Sequence record: PV400809.1 | DNA length: 64,000 nt | Reading direction: 5' to 3' (one strand) | Shown: positions 1 to 9,367 of the stretch, piece after piece | How the letters are laid out: each line of letters opens with the position of its first letter | Position numbering within the stretch: the stretch's first letter is position 1 | Made by a program: the position numbers and the translations under genes | Notes under the pieces: generated by a model | What the model saw: only the letters and a program-made list of their open reading frames with translations | The model's database searches: none | Told to the model about the DNA's origin: nothing

Positions 1-7
1 ATTGTCT

Positions 8-793
8 TTATTGTTTATCCGAAACACGACGAGACAATTTTTGTTGGTGGATTTCTTCTAGGGTGAGATCGGGGTTCTTATTACGAAGAGCCAGAACATC
101 CCCCAGGAGTACTAGATCCCCCACTGCAACCTGATCCCCTGCCTTAGGAAACATCTCGTCATAAAGCTCCACATTGGAACTTTGGTTACTGATCTTACCG
201 ATGACCTTGTCTTTCTCTTCCAAAGCAGTTTTAACTGAAGCGGAAGTGAACTCAAGTTCATGACTGCGGATATACCAGTACACCCACGGGTGAGCGCCCT
301 CCAATGCCTTGGGGTAGAAGAGACTCGGTTCATTCTTACCCGGCAAGTAGGGCATGTTGGGTTGATCGGGATTCGTTTCGACGCGGTAGAAAGTCCTGGC
401 GAGTTTATCTCCTCCACCCCATATGAAGTCGACTCCCCAGCGATCAACTGTTTTGACTTTCAAGTCGGAGGGATCGGTGTAGGAGAACTCGACAATGGAG
501 AGATCGAACTCGTATTTCGTACCGGGAACAGGTGCGTTGTAATCACGACGCAGTATCCGGAATGTGAGGGGAAGATCGACCGAACCATCACCGAAGCGGG
601 TGTTCTTATCAGTGAGCATCCGGTTAATGACTTCAGTAGCACTTTCGAGGCTGTGGAAGGTACTACAGTCCATCCAGGACTTGCTGAAATCGGGATAACC
701 ACGAGAAGAGGGATCCTCGGCATAATACTGAGTGATGGTTCCCGGGTGGGAAGTGGAACGTTGGTCGACTTGAATGATGTAAAACGTGTTCAT
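8..793 (-). CDS. hypothetical protein (261 aa), accessory region
   Basis: ATG at 793 with upstream GAGGGGG SD, TAA at 8-10; no recognised motif. Confidence 0.75.
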   Translation of the reverse strand: MNTFYIIQVDQRSTSHPGTITQYYAEDPSSRGYPDFSKSWMDCSTFHSLESATEVINRMLTDKNTRFGDGSVDLPLTFRILRRDYNAPVPGTKYEFDLSIVEFSYTDPSDLKVKTVDRWGVDFIWGGGDKLARTFYRVETNPDQPNMPYLPGKNEPSLFYPKALEGAHPWVYWYIRSHELEFTSASVKTALEEKDKVIGKISNQSSNVELYDEMFPKAGDQVAVGDLVLLGDVLALRNKNPDLTLEEIHQQKLSRRVSDKQ

Positions 794-810
794 ACCACCC
801 CCTCGTCTTG

Positions 811-1134
811 TTAAGTCAAAAGGTCACTGAAATTGTCATGTAGGATTTGGGTGAACGGCTCTCCCAAGTCTTCACAACATGGGTCACCTATTCTCTCGGC
901 CAGATGATCCATGTGTAGATTATCGAGGAATTCCGTGTGTTCTTCCTCGCTGTACCAAGATTCAACGAGATGGTCTAACACACAATAATTGATTTCCCCG
1001 TCGTACTCGATAACTCGATACGTCCCATTCTCCAGGTATTCTTTGTTGTTATGGAAATCAACGGAATCCCGTTCGCCTACGATGGGACTCGACAGAGGGG
1101 TCCGTTCTTTCCCTTCCTTACGAACTGTTGCCAT
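811..1134 (-). CDS. hypothetical acidic protein (107 aa)
   Basis: ATG with GGAG SD; same strand and tightly packed with neighbours. Confidence 0.75.
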   Translation of the reverse strand: MATVRKEGKERTPLSSPIVGERDSVDFHNNKEYLENGTYRVIEYDGEINYCVLDHLVESWYSEEEHTEFLDNLHMDHLAERIGDPCCEDLGEPFTQILHDNFSDLLT

Positions 1135-1158
1135 GGGGGTTACTCCTTCTGAAAGATG

Positions 1159-1641
1159 TTAAAAGTCTTCGACGTAGAAGAGTTTGACCAATTCAATATG
1201 ACGAACCACTTTACCCAGGAGTTCGTCTTTGTAATCCACACCCCCATGCAACAGGTGTTTGTTCTTGAAATCCCGTTCCAGATCTTTCATTCCCCAGCCC
1301 AGGGTCCCTACGGTCAACCCTGCAATGACCCCTTTAGTGTTCCGTACGATCTTAATCCGGAAACGAATGTTCCCTGAATACCCTTCTCCGAAACCGTGGA
1401 TAGCACCTTTGTTCCGCTCCTGGTAGATGGTGTGGAGAAAGAAGAAGTCTTCCGTCTTGGCTTCACCCCGGGGTAGGTGATTGAGAATATCCTTATCGAT
1501 AGGGAGTTGGGTGATTACCCGATCGAAGTTGGAGAAGAACACCCCAACTTCCTCGTACCCTTTGTAAATGTCATCCACAACGCCGGGGAGGGGTTGAGCA
1601 TTAATGATCATTTCTTGTAGCCGTGATTTAATCGGTAGCAT
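1159..1641 (-). CDS. hypothetical protein (160 aa)
   Basis: ATG with GAGGT SD; ends 25 bp upstream of the next gene's start. Confidence 0.75.
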   Translation of the reverse strand: MLPIKSRLQEMIINAQPLPGVVDDIYKGYEEVGVFFSNFDRVITQLPIDKDILNHLPRGEAKTEDFFFLHTIYQERNKGAIHGFGEGYSGNIRFRIKIVRNTKGVIAGLTVGTLGWGMKDLERDFKNKHLLHGGVDYKDELLGKVVRHIELVKLFYVEDF

Positions 1642-1726
1642 TTTGGATTACCTCAGGTGTTTGTGAAATTCTAAATGATTCTGGTCAATGTACGTATTAG
1701 ATACACTCAACAGAATAATTTAACCA

Positions 1727-1747
1727 CCGGTAGGTTATCCCTACCGG
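1727..1747. terminator. 8-bp hairpin CCGGTAGG-ttatc-CCTACCGG, downstream of sspB-like gene
   Basis: perfect inverted repeat; AT-rich tail on the minus strand. Confidence 0.6.
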
Positions 1748-1765
1748 GGTATTGATGGTGAGGGG

Positions 1766-2233
1766 TTAGTCTTTACCACCTTCAATGACCTTGAACGGAG
1801 AGGTGTGTCCATTCTGAGGTTTAGGGGCGGAGGATTCTTTCTTATCGTCCTGACCTGGAGGAGTGATTTCACCAGGGGCGAGCATCAGGTGACCATCTTC
1901 ATCCTGACCTACGATTCGACACACCCCACCCAGGTAAATCAAGTCTCTGTTATACCGTACACCCAAGATATCTTCATACTTGATGAAGAGCTCGTATACC
2001 TTCCCCTGGCAACGGCATTCGAAATGAACGTACTCCTCATGGAAATGAAGGTACTTCACCGCGAACCCTCCGATGTTGAAGAAGACGCTGGGGTTCCCTT
2101 GACCGATTTCTTTCACTTCAGGGCTGGCGTCGGTGTTAACCAGGATGACACACGCACCCGTGGTTTCATTCAGGTAGGTGTACAGGGCTTCCAGGTGCAG
2201 TTTACGGAAGTCCGGTGGCATTTTCTTCGACAT
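1766..2233 (-). CDS. sspB: SspB-like ClpXP protease adaptor (155 aa)
   Basis: LEALYTYL and NIGGFAVKYLHFHEEYVHFECRCQG align by eye with E. coli SspB LRAFYEWL and NIAPRAVGNLELANDEVRFNARFGG; charged linker; C-terminal PFKVIEGGKD resembles the ClpX-binding LRVV motif. Confidence 0.75.
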   Translation of the reverse strand: MSKKMPPDFRKLHLEALYTYLNETTGACVILVNTDASPEVKEIGQGNPSVFFNIGGFAVKYLHFHEEYVHFECRCQGKVYELFIKYEDILGVRYNRDLIYLGGVCRIVGQDEDGHLMLAPGEITPPGQDDKKESSAPKPQNGHTSPFKVIEGGKD

Positions 2234-2364
2234 AACGGTGTCCTATAAGTGGATTAATGACAAAAGGTTTTTAATCAACGATGGATGGACCCAGTTTACT
2301 CCCTAGGTCAATCCTGTACTGCTTGGCGAATACCTCCTATGAGGCGCCAACATCCAGGTCTTTT

Positions 2365-2616
2365 TCATACGGTTCTCCTGTAGAACAGGTTGTATTTAAA
2401 GAAGTCTTCAAGGGAATAGATATACCTGGGATCAGTGACCAGCCAGCATTGACCATCCCGAACTTCAACACGACGGGCATGTTGATAGACGTGATGATGG
2501 TGCGAAGGGGAGGTTACATAAGTCCCATTGGGGAGTTTCCGCAATTCCTCTTGACTCAGAAACTTTCCATTAGGATTTATTCCGGTAGGGTAACAACCCT
2601 TATTCATTCTAAACAT
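2365..2616 (-). CDS. hypothetical protein (83 aa)
   Basis: GAGGA SD 6 nt before ATG at 2616. Confidence 0.65.
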   Translation of the reverse strand: MFRMNKGCYPTGINPNGKFLSQEELRKLPNGTYVTSPSHHHHVYQHARRVEVRDGQCWLVTDPRYIYSLEDFFKYNLFYRRTV

Positions 2617-2632
2617 ACGTCTTCCTCAAGAA

Positions 2633-2656
2633 AGTCTCCCCTAAGGAGGGGAGACT
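2633..2656 (-). terminator. 9-bp hairpin terminator
   Basis: AGTCTCCCC-taagga-GGGGAGACT followed by TTCTT on the minus strand. Confidence 0.55.
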
Positions 2657-2672
2657 GTTTGCCGTTAATCCT

Positions 2673-3104
2673 TTACACTTCGGAGGGAGGAAGGTTCTGA
2701 TACGCATTCAACAGAAGCTCACCCACCTCCAAGGCATGGGAATGGGAATACCCCATAACCTGACTGTACCAAGTCACCCACTCAGGAGAGAGCTGATTGT
2801 CTTCAGTCAAGAGAGGGGGTTGAGGAAGCCCTTGTCCAACGTTCACCCTACCCCCAGAATTCACCCCGACTTGCATCCAACGATTGTACTTCAAGGAAAG
2901 ACAATTGGGGAATTCCTTTTTGTACGCATTCAACTTGGTATCCGCCTCTTCCAGGAGAGACATGGATAACGCAAACATCTCCTCACTCCTGTTAACATTC
3001 GCGGCGGCCGAGACCTTAACCAGAAGCTGATTAGCTTCCGAAATCAGACTAAAGATTTCAGCCACTCTTGCCCGACGTTTCTTCGCTTCATCTGGCGTTA
3101 GCAT
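2673..3104 (-). CDS. hypothetical protein (143 aa)
   Basis: ATG with AGGGA SD; N-terminal helical region. Confidence 0.7.
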   Translation of the reverse strand: MLTPDEAKKRRARVAEIFSLISEANQLLVKVSAAANVNRSEEMFALSMSLLEEADTKLNAYKKEFPNCLSLKYNRWMQVGVNSGGRVNVGQGLPQPPLLTEDNQLSPEWVTWYSQVMGYSHSHALEVGELLLNAYQNLPPSEV

Positions 3105-3193
3105 GGTATTTCCCTATGTGAAAAATGAAAGAGACGTAAAGAACCCGCCTCCTCATCCCTCTTAAACAGGACAAGGAAGCGGGGGTGGGTTCT

Positions 3194-3358
3194 TCAGTGT
3201 TGGTAGACCAGGATCTCTTGCCCGTTAGGGGCGATGCGATGTCCCAAGATCACCTCTTGAGATTCATCTTCCTGAGTCTCTTGGCCGTAGTTCGCGTTCA
3301 CGAACAAGAAGCCGAACATAACACCAACGCACAGAAGAAGCAGGCCGCTGGATTTCAT
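3194..3358 (-). CDS. small membrane or secreted protein (54 aa)
   Basis: AGGAAGGT SD before ATG at 3358; hydrophobic LLLLCVGVMFGFLFV segment. Confidence 0.55.
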   Translation of the reverse strand: MKSSGLLLLCVGVMFGFLFVNANYGQETQEDESQEVILGHRIAPNGQEILVYQH

Positions 3359-3399
3359 AATAAACACCTTCCTGGCTGAGTGGGTTACCAAAAAAGAAG

Positions 3400-3422
3400 A
3401 GGAGAAGGGATAACCTTCTCCT
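3400..3422 (-). terminator. intrinsic terminator after the glycine-zipper gene
   Basis: 9-bp stem AGGAGAAGG/CCTTCTCCT followed by TCTTTTTT on the minus strand. Confidence 0.7.
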
Positions 3423-3433
3423 TGGAACAGACG

Positions 3434-3790
3434 TTACTCGCTGGCGCTTGGTAGGGCTTCTTGGGCGGCACCCATTACCGAACCAGCCAGTTCACCCGCG
3501 GTGATGGCGATCGACGCACCGAGCAGACCCGACCAGGCACTACCCAGAATGGTAGCTGGCGTACCGAGGTGTTGAACAGGGGACACCAGACGACCCGCCG
3601 CCCAACCGACGGTCACACCGGCCGCACCGGCGATCAGGGACGAACCGATGTTTTTGGTGCCATTGAAATGGGCGGCGGCACCCAGGACGCCTCCGACGAT
3701 CCCGGCGACAGTTGTGGCTGCGAAACCTTCCTTGCGCTCACCGGTGAAGGATTTGTTGGTGGTTTTGGCTTTGTCATTGGAAGTGGTCAT
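3434..3790 (-). CDS. glycine-zipper-like membrane protein (118 aa)
   Basis: GAGGA SD; three Gly/Ala-rich hydrophobic segments with GxxxG spacing. Confidence 0.7.
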   Translation of the reverse strand: MTTSNDKAKTTNKSFTGERKEGFAATTVAGIVGGVLGAAAHFNGTKNIGSSLIAGAAGVTVGWAAGRLVSPVQHLGTPATILGSAWSGLLGASIAITAGELAGSVMGAAQEALPSASE

Positions 3791-3920
3791 GGGTGAGTCC
3801 TCGTTCGTGTGTAGGAAATGGGGAGTAAAACAGTTAACAACTAATAGGATTGTTGCTATTCACCCTGATTATTTAGATCTGAAAATAACTGTAAGTTAAA
3901 TAAATAAACCAATAAGGAAT

Positions 3921-3952
3921 ACCTACCCTAGTGGAGATCCACTAGGGTAGGT
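3921..3952 (-). terminator. 14-bp hairpin terminator ending the gp122-gp123 operon
   Basis: ACCTACCCTAGTGG-agat-CCACTAGGGTAGGT, followed by TTATT-rich tail on the minus strand. Confidence 0.75.
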
Positions 3953-3988
3953 TAATTGTTTTAATTCAATCGCGATTAAATCAAGTAT

Positions 3989-6334
3989 TCAGAAGAGATC
4001 CAACAGGACCAAGGGACTTCTTCGACTGACCACCCGAAGAGTGGCGACATTCTTATCGACGGCTGAGTAACTGAATAACCAGAGTTGATCACCTCCGGAG
4101 AATTGAATCAGTTTATCAATAACGTCCAGGTTATCCGTCTCTTTCATCGTTCCCTTGAATCCTTTCTCTATGAGATCGAAGTACTCCGGGAATCGACTGC
4201 GCTTAATGATCAAGGGTTCTCCCGATGGATCCGGCAACGGCCCATTGCGCTTATTGATCACCGTGATGTGGAAGCGGCGTTCCAACGGTAGCTCCAACTT
4301 CTTCTGAGCTTCTTGGATTAGCCCGCCCTCTTCACTTTCTACGCCATCGTATTTCCCATCGGGAACGAACAGTTTCATTTGTTCCGTCAGGTAGTTACCC
4401 GGCCCTCCCGGTTCGTTGAACCGTCGGTACCCTTCAGGATGATCTTCTTCCAGGATCTTATCCAGCTCGTCGAAGTCCTCGACGATGTCGGTTACCGACA
4501 GATGGTTCCGTGAGCTGGGTAAGCGTTCATACCCCAGGGAACTGACGAACCACGCATTCACCGTTGCGGTCAGACGAGTCCGAATGAACTCACCCAACTC
4601 CTCATCCAGAATCCCTTCATCCAGGTACTCCTTAACCGCTTTCATCCGGTGGTAATACGACGGGGAGTGATCGTCCTCCTTAAAGTCTTTAAACAGGAAC
4701 GGGAGATCGTTCTTGAGTCGGATTTTATCCCGAGCGTCGGAACAGGTGAAGGTATCCCAGATCGTAGCAGAGAACGACGTGGCGTTGGTCCCTGGCATGT
4801 TCTTACTCAGGGCGGTGTTGGTCGTCACCACAGCCGCCATCAGCTTCTTAGACGTCGCGCTGACGATACCTTCGGACACCGTAACCACTGGGATCCCTTC
4901 CAATTCTTCACAGGTCTCCAGCGTGATCTCCAGGGACTTGGTATCTTCTACCACCTTCTCCACCGGCAGGACCACCACGTCATTACCGTCTTCCGTAGCT
5001 TCCAGCAACGGCAACAGCTTTTCAGGGCTAGACAGAGCAGTGACCATATCGAGTGTACGACTCCTTACAACAGTGCTGAACCAGCCGTTATCCTTTTCCA
5101 GGTCAATAATCACAATACGGAAACAACCCGGGAGGATACTCTCTTCTTGAGCAGACTGTTCAGGGTGGCGTTTATAAACCTTCTTTATCCGCTTCCAATC
5201 CGTTTCCGGAATCAGATAATGCTTGGGTTTACCGATGTAATGGAAATAACTGGTGAGATCAAACTCATCCTTGTTCTTAACGGTCAGGTTTTCAAGATCA
5301 TTCCGGACCTTATTCCAGCGTTGAACTTCTGGGGGTTGGAACCGAGGATCTTCAGGGCGAGTATACCCCTGGTTGTCCCGTCTGGCCAGCTCAGCCCGTT
5401 TCCTCACCATTTCAAAGATGTCTTCAGTGGTTGGATCGTTCTGGGATTCCACGCCGTTGTTCGCTCCAAAGTTAGAATGAAGGAAGGCGGTTTGTGCTTC
5501 GTGGATCAGATGGCTCTCCGTCGTGGTTGGCGTCTTCACCTCGTACACCAGGGACGCATAAGGATTCGTACAACCTAACGTGTTACAGGCGAGGCTAAAC
5601 GTATCCTTGAAATGCTCCAGGTTAGCGATCATTTTCTGGATTTCAGGGGTCAACCTATACGTGAACTGTCGGCCTGCCGGACTCTTGCACAACCAGGAGA
5701 TCATCTCCATGGTTAAAACCGACCGATAGGCAAAGACTGCGGATCCCATATAGTCCGACGTCGTCAACTCCGAAGACCCTTGTTTACCCAGGACAATCAG
5801 TCGCTGGACAAACATCGGCACAGAGGCCGTTGAGATAAAGCGGAGGGTTTCAGGGTACTTGTTCAGGTTGTTAACGAATTCATCCCGAATGGGACATTTA
5901 ACCGGGGTTTTAGGAACAAAACGAAAGTTTTCTAAGGTCTCCCGGTATTCGTTATAGAACGCCCCTTGCCGTCTTCCTAGCTGCTGAATCAATTCCACCC
6001 CAGCACGGGAAAACTTCTCCAAGAAGAGTTGGTTACTATCTATTTCAGAATTCGCATTCTCCCGGATCTCCCGGAGCGCAGCGTCTTCATAGAGGGAGTT
6101 ACCGTAGCGTTCCCAATGGATGGAACCCCCACCCCCACCCTGACTATTCCCTTGCAGGCCGTGTTCGAGGACACCACGGAGTTGCATGGACGGTGACATC
6201 TGGTTGTACATACCTTGACGGGCGCCAAGGCCCATCGCCGTACCAGAAGCCCCGGGGATGGGTGCATTAGGATCTATTGAGACGGTTCCTCGGTTGACTT
6301 GTCCGGATGGACGGAGGATGTTTGCCATGGCCAT
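3989..6334 (-). CDS. large hypothetical protein (781 aa) downstream of nvRNAP beta subunit
   Basis: long ORF overlapping the end of the gp123-like gene; Gly/Gln/Met-rich N-terminus; function not recognised. Confidence 0.8.
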   Translation of the reverse strand: MAMANILRPSGQVNRGTVSIDPNAPIPGASGTAMGLGARQGMYNQMSPSMQLRGVLEHGLQGNSQGGGGGSIHWERYGNSLYEDAALREIRENANSEIDSNQLFLEKFSRAGVELIQQLGRRQGAFYNEYRETLENFRFVPKTPVKCPIRDEFVNNLNKYPETLRFISTASVPMFVQRLIVLGKQGSSELTTSDYMGSAVFAYRSVLTMEMISWLCKSPAGRQFTYRLTPEIQKMIANLEHFKDTFSLACNTLGCTNPYASLVYEVKTPTTTESHLIHEAQTAFLHSNFGANNGVESQNDPTTEDIFEMVRKRAELARRDNQGYTRPEDPRFQPPEVQRWNKVRNDLENLTVKNKDEFDLTSYFHYIGKPKHYLIPETDWKRIKKVYKRHPEQSAQEESILPGCFRIVIIDLEKDNGWFSTVVRSRTLDMVTALSSPEKLLPLLEATEDGNDVVVLPVEKVVEDTKSLEITLETCEELEGIPVVTVSEGIVSATSKKLMAAVVTTNTALSKNMPGTNATSFSATIWDTFTCSDARDKIRLKNDLPFLFKDFKEDDHSPSYYHRMKAVKEYLDEGILDEELGEFIRTRLTATVNAWFVSSLGYERLPSSRNHLSVTDIVEDFDELDKILEEDHPEGYRRFNEPGGPGNYLTEQMKLFVPDGKYDGVESEEGGLIQEAQKKLELPLERRFHITVINKRNGPLPDPSGEPLIIKRSRFPEYFDLIEKGFKGTMKETDNLDVIDKLIQFSGGDQLWLFSYSAVDKNVATLRVVSRRSPLVLLDLF

Positions 6335-7986
6335 GGTTCTCTTTTCTTGAGGCGTTTATCTGTTCGTTCGTAGAGTTCTTTAAATTGAGGGTCTAAGCCC
6401 GTTGTACGATTATTGATCAGATAAATGCTTGGATTAAGGAATCCCCGTGCATCAGGATTAGGATTCGTAACCCGTAAAAAACTATGAACAAAGGGAAGCG
6501 ACGCGTGGGTAAAGGTTGAGCTGTCTGACGTGTCGAAGTCACCCCGTTTACGCTTACCACCACCGGTATAGACCTTGTGTTGGGGCATGCAGCCCAACCC
6601 GTAGTCTACGAACGGATTATCCGTAGGGGTGGGTTCCAGGATAAGGTTGGCGTATTGTGCATTGTCGATCTCCTTAATAGGGAAATTGTGAGTCAAGAAC
6701 CTCGCCACCTTTTTCTGGTTGATTTCCGAGTTGTTCTTGATATCGTGCTTGAAGTTATTGGCAGACGTCAGCAGACTGTCCAGCGTGAATTCCAAACTGG
6801 CCAAGTCTTTATTGAACGCTGACGCACGGTCGGTGGTCTGGACAATCTCACTGCGGTTCGCAATGATGTAGTTGAACAGATCAAACATATTGGTCACTAC
6901 GATCGATTTAGCAGCGAACTTCTTAATCGAATCTTCATCCAGGTACTCCCGGATGGAATCGAAGTGCTCATACATCAAACGCATGATGTACTCGTCACTG
7001 TCACCCGCCTTAACGGAACACCGCCCTATGATCAGCTTCCAATAGTCCGGATCATCCAACCGTTCAATATCAAAGTACGACGAACAACAGTTCGCAATGA
7101 ACAATAAAGCACAGCTGTACTGTAACCCGACTGCGCTCAGTTCCTTACGACTGCTAGACTTGTTCCGTACCGCAATACCGATGTCCAAACTGACATAATC
7201 ACCTAACGAAGGTTTATTATCCGAAGCACGCTTAGGACCGGTAAAGACTTCCCACCGGTCTTCTGCCTTGCATTCGTTAAGCAGCGCATCCAGAGAGCCT
7301 ATACGGAAGTCACACTCCGCATATTCCTCCATGGCCGTACTGAAGCCCATGTCCGCAAAGATATACCACGCCAACAACGGAACAGGGGTCTTACTGTCCT
7401 TGATCTTCCGGGATTCGGTTGGACTGTAGAAGCGGTTAGCCGCCAGGTTGATGTCCGTGTGACGATGGGTCTCAATCCCTGTGTCGGTAAAGACTTGACA
7501 GAAATTGAAATGCTCGATTCCAATCTTAAACTTGAAACCCAGCACTTTCACGAACAAGGCGTTCTCTTTCGTTACGGGTAGACCCTGTTCAGCGAGTACG
7601 ATCTGAGGATTATACAACGATCCCCTCAACCACAGATCCCCGTACTTATTCGTATACGGGAGCATCGTGTAGGTGTAAAAGTCCGTTAACTTACCCCCTC
7701 GGTCCTTATACTGGATCCAGATCTTAACCGGATACAGGCTTTCCTTATGGACATCGAAGACTTTACGACTGCTGTTGATCAAGTAGTCAATGAACTCCCG
7801 GGGTGAAGCCCGTGTGGTTTTCTTGTAAAAGACACCCCGTTTCTCAACACTTTTCAGAATGGCCCTCATGGAATGATCGAACACTCCTAACGCATTACTA
7901 AACTCCTTCTGATGAAATCCATCCACCAGTAACTTATTGAACTTCGGCATGGAATTTTCAATGTGTTTAATGAGTTGCCGGTCCAT
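6274..7986 (-). CDS. non-virion RNA polymerase beta subunit, N-terminal half (phiKZ gp123-like)
   Basis: synteny (two genes after major capsid); C-terminal HASLPFVHSFLRVTNPNPDARGFLNP region recalled as typical of this subunit. Confidence 0.8.
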   Translation of the reverse strand: MDRQLIKHIENSMPKFNKLLVDGFHQKEFSNALGVFDHSMRAILKSVEKRGVFYKKTTRASPREFIDYLINSSRKVFDVHKESLYPVKIWIQYKDRGGKLTDFYTYTMLPYTNKYGDLWLRGSLYNPQIVLAEQGLPVTKENALFVKVLGFKFKIGIEHFNFCQVFTDTGIETHRHTDINLAANRFYSPTESRKIKDSKTPVPLLAWYIFADMGFSTAMEEYAECDFRIGSLDALLNECKAEDRWEVFTGPKRASDNKPSLGDYVSLDIGIAVRNKSSSRKELSAVGLQYSCALLFIANCCSSYFDIERLDDPDYWKLIIGRCSVKAGDSDEYIMRLMYEHFDSIREYLDEDSIKKFAAKSIVVTNMFDLFNYIIANRSEIVQTTDRASAFNKDLASLEFTLDSLLTSANNFKHDIKNNSEINQKKVARFLTHNFPIKEIDNAQYANLILEPTPTDNPFVDYGLGCMPQHKVYTGGGKRKRGDFDTSDSSTFTHASLPFVHSFLRVTNPNPDARGFLNPSIYLINNRTTGLDPQFKELYERTDKRLKKREPWPWQTSSVHPDKSTEEPSQ

Positions 7987-7998
7987 CCTACCACCTTA

Positions 7999-9135
7999 TC
8001 AGGAAGTACATAGTTTATACCCCGCAGCAAACACGGTTGCAATCGCCCCGATCGCCTTAGCCACTTCTCCCCAGTTGTTAGCGCTGGCCCGTTGGCGGGT
8101 GAACTCCAGATTCGCCTTACTCAAGGTCTTGTCCATTTCACTCCGTACTTTGGTCGCATCATTGTTGATTTGCAGCCGATTCACCTCCAGTTGACGTTCA
8201 TTTCTCGCTTGCATGAGTTCCAACCGATGAGCACTTTTGAGGTGGGTCAGCTCGATACCCAACTCAACACTCTTACGGACATTCTCGTCTACCAAGTCCT
8301 TCAGTTTGGAAATCTCGTTATTGGCTGAACTCAGTTGTTTATTCAGTTCAACCACTTTCTTCTCGGCAGTCATTGCCCGTTCTGTATTACCCCCCATTTC
8401 GCATTCCGCTTTGGTCTTAAAGATACCCAGGAAACCCAGGGTTTCATCGCAGAGATGGTCAAAGGTGTAGAATAGCTTCTTCGGTAGTGAATTACCGTAG
8501 GCCAATCCCACATACAACCCATGATCTTTATTCATCTCCCTGACCGTAGGGACCATTACCGCTTTACCCATGACATTGGTGTACAACGGGTTTTGAACAC
8601 TCAGGGGATCGTTCAGATACACGTAGTAATGAAGACCTCCCGGCTCATCACTCTCACTGATCCCCCACTTCATCAGGTCATTGAGGGTGTAGTCTGGCGT
8701 ATTCAGGGGATAGAGATCGCTGGTATTCTCTTCCCGGTTATACAACGTGATACCGAGGATATCACTGTGGATCGGTTCACCTTCCAGGTCTTCAACCACA
8801 TCCCTGTTCAGTTTGATCGTGACGCCGAAGTCATGATACTGCCGAATGTCCACGTGCGACTCTTTGCTCGACACAAAGCTCAGGTGAGCTTGGATCTTAT
8901 CAATCAACAGACGATCGAATTTACTCCGCGCTGCTGACTTATCAAAACTGAAATCACCGACATACAGACGATCGAATTTGATGTCAATCATCGCCCCGGG
9001 ATACCACGAAGCCTCTAGCGGTTTGCGAATAAGGTAACTCAATCCCCCTTTCGCTTTGACAATAATCTGTTTGCTGCTCATATTAGTGATATCATAAGTC
9101 AGCCGGAAATGCCGGTAGGGTGAAACATCATTCAT
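7999..9135 (-). CDS. phiKZ gp122-like conserved protein (378 aa) with C-terminal coiled coil and hydrophobic tail
   Basis: GAGGA SD before ATG at 9135; lies between MCP and nvRNAP beta. Confidence 0.7.
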   Translation of the reverse strand: MNDVSPYRHFRLTYDITNMSSKQIIVKAKGGLSYLIRKPLEASWYPGAMIDIKFDRLYVGDFSFDKSAARSKFDRLLIDKIQAHLSFVSSKESHVDIRQYHDFGVTIKLNRDVVEDLEGEPIHSDILGITLYNREENTSDLYPLNTPDYTLNDLMKWGISESDEPGGLHYYVYLNDPLSVQNPLYTNVMGKAVMVPTVREMNKDHGLYVGLAYGNSLPKKLFYTFDHLCDETLGFLGIFKTKAECEMGGNTERAMTAEKKVVELNKQLSSANNEISKLKDLVDENVRKSVELGIELTHLKSAHRLELMQARNERQLEVNRLQINNDATKVRSEMDKTLSKANLEFTRQRASANNWGEVAKAIGAIATVFAAGYKLCTS

Positions 9136-9206
9136 GGTGAGGATCCTCAAGTTAGTGTCAAGATCATCTGGTGCGCGGTCAGATAACCTATTGTCTTGTA
9201 CCCAAG

Positions 9207-9229
9207 GATAATGTAGGTTTAAAATATTC
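9207..9229 (-). promoter_or_regulatory. candidate early (vRNAP) promoter GAATATTTTAAACCTACATTATC
   Basis: 23-bp exact match to 61846-61868; contains TACATTAT, close to the phiKZ early motif TATATTAC. Confidence 0.7.
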
Positions 9230-9256
9230 CAATAAACGGTATAACTGCAAATATAA

Positions 9257-9290
9257 CCCTACCCACTCCCCGTTAAGGGAGTGGGTAGGG
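9257..9290. terminator. 14-bp hairpin terminator after major capsid gene
   Basis: CCCTACCCACTCCC-cgttaa-GGGAGTGGGTAGGG; identical copy at 35084-35117. Confidence 0.8.
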
Positions 9291-9367
9291 CTAATGGTAC
9301 ACGCAATTTCCGTGAGGTACCTACTAAGGCAGCTCTGGATACTCAAGCCGCCCGTAATTCGCAGGAC

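Noticed and set aside
1683-1698. TACATTGA upstream of the 160-aa gene as an early promoter
   Set aside because: Lacks the AACC prefix and has mismatches in the core; too weak to call.
2480-2510. HHHH run in the 83-aa protein as a metal-binding motif
   Set aside because: A single short run with no supporting motif.
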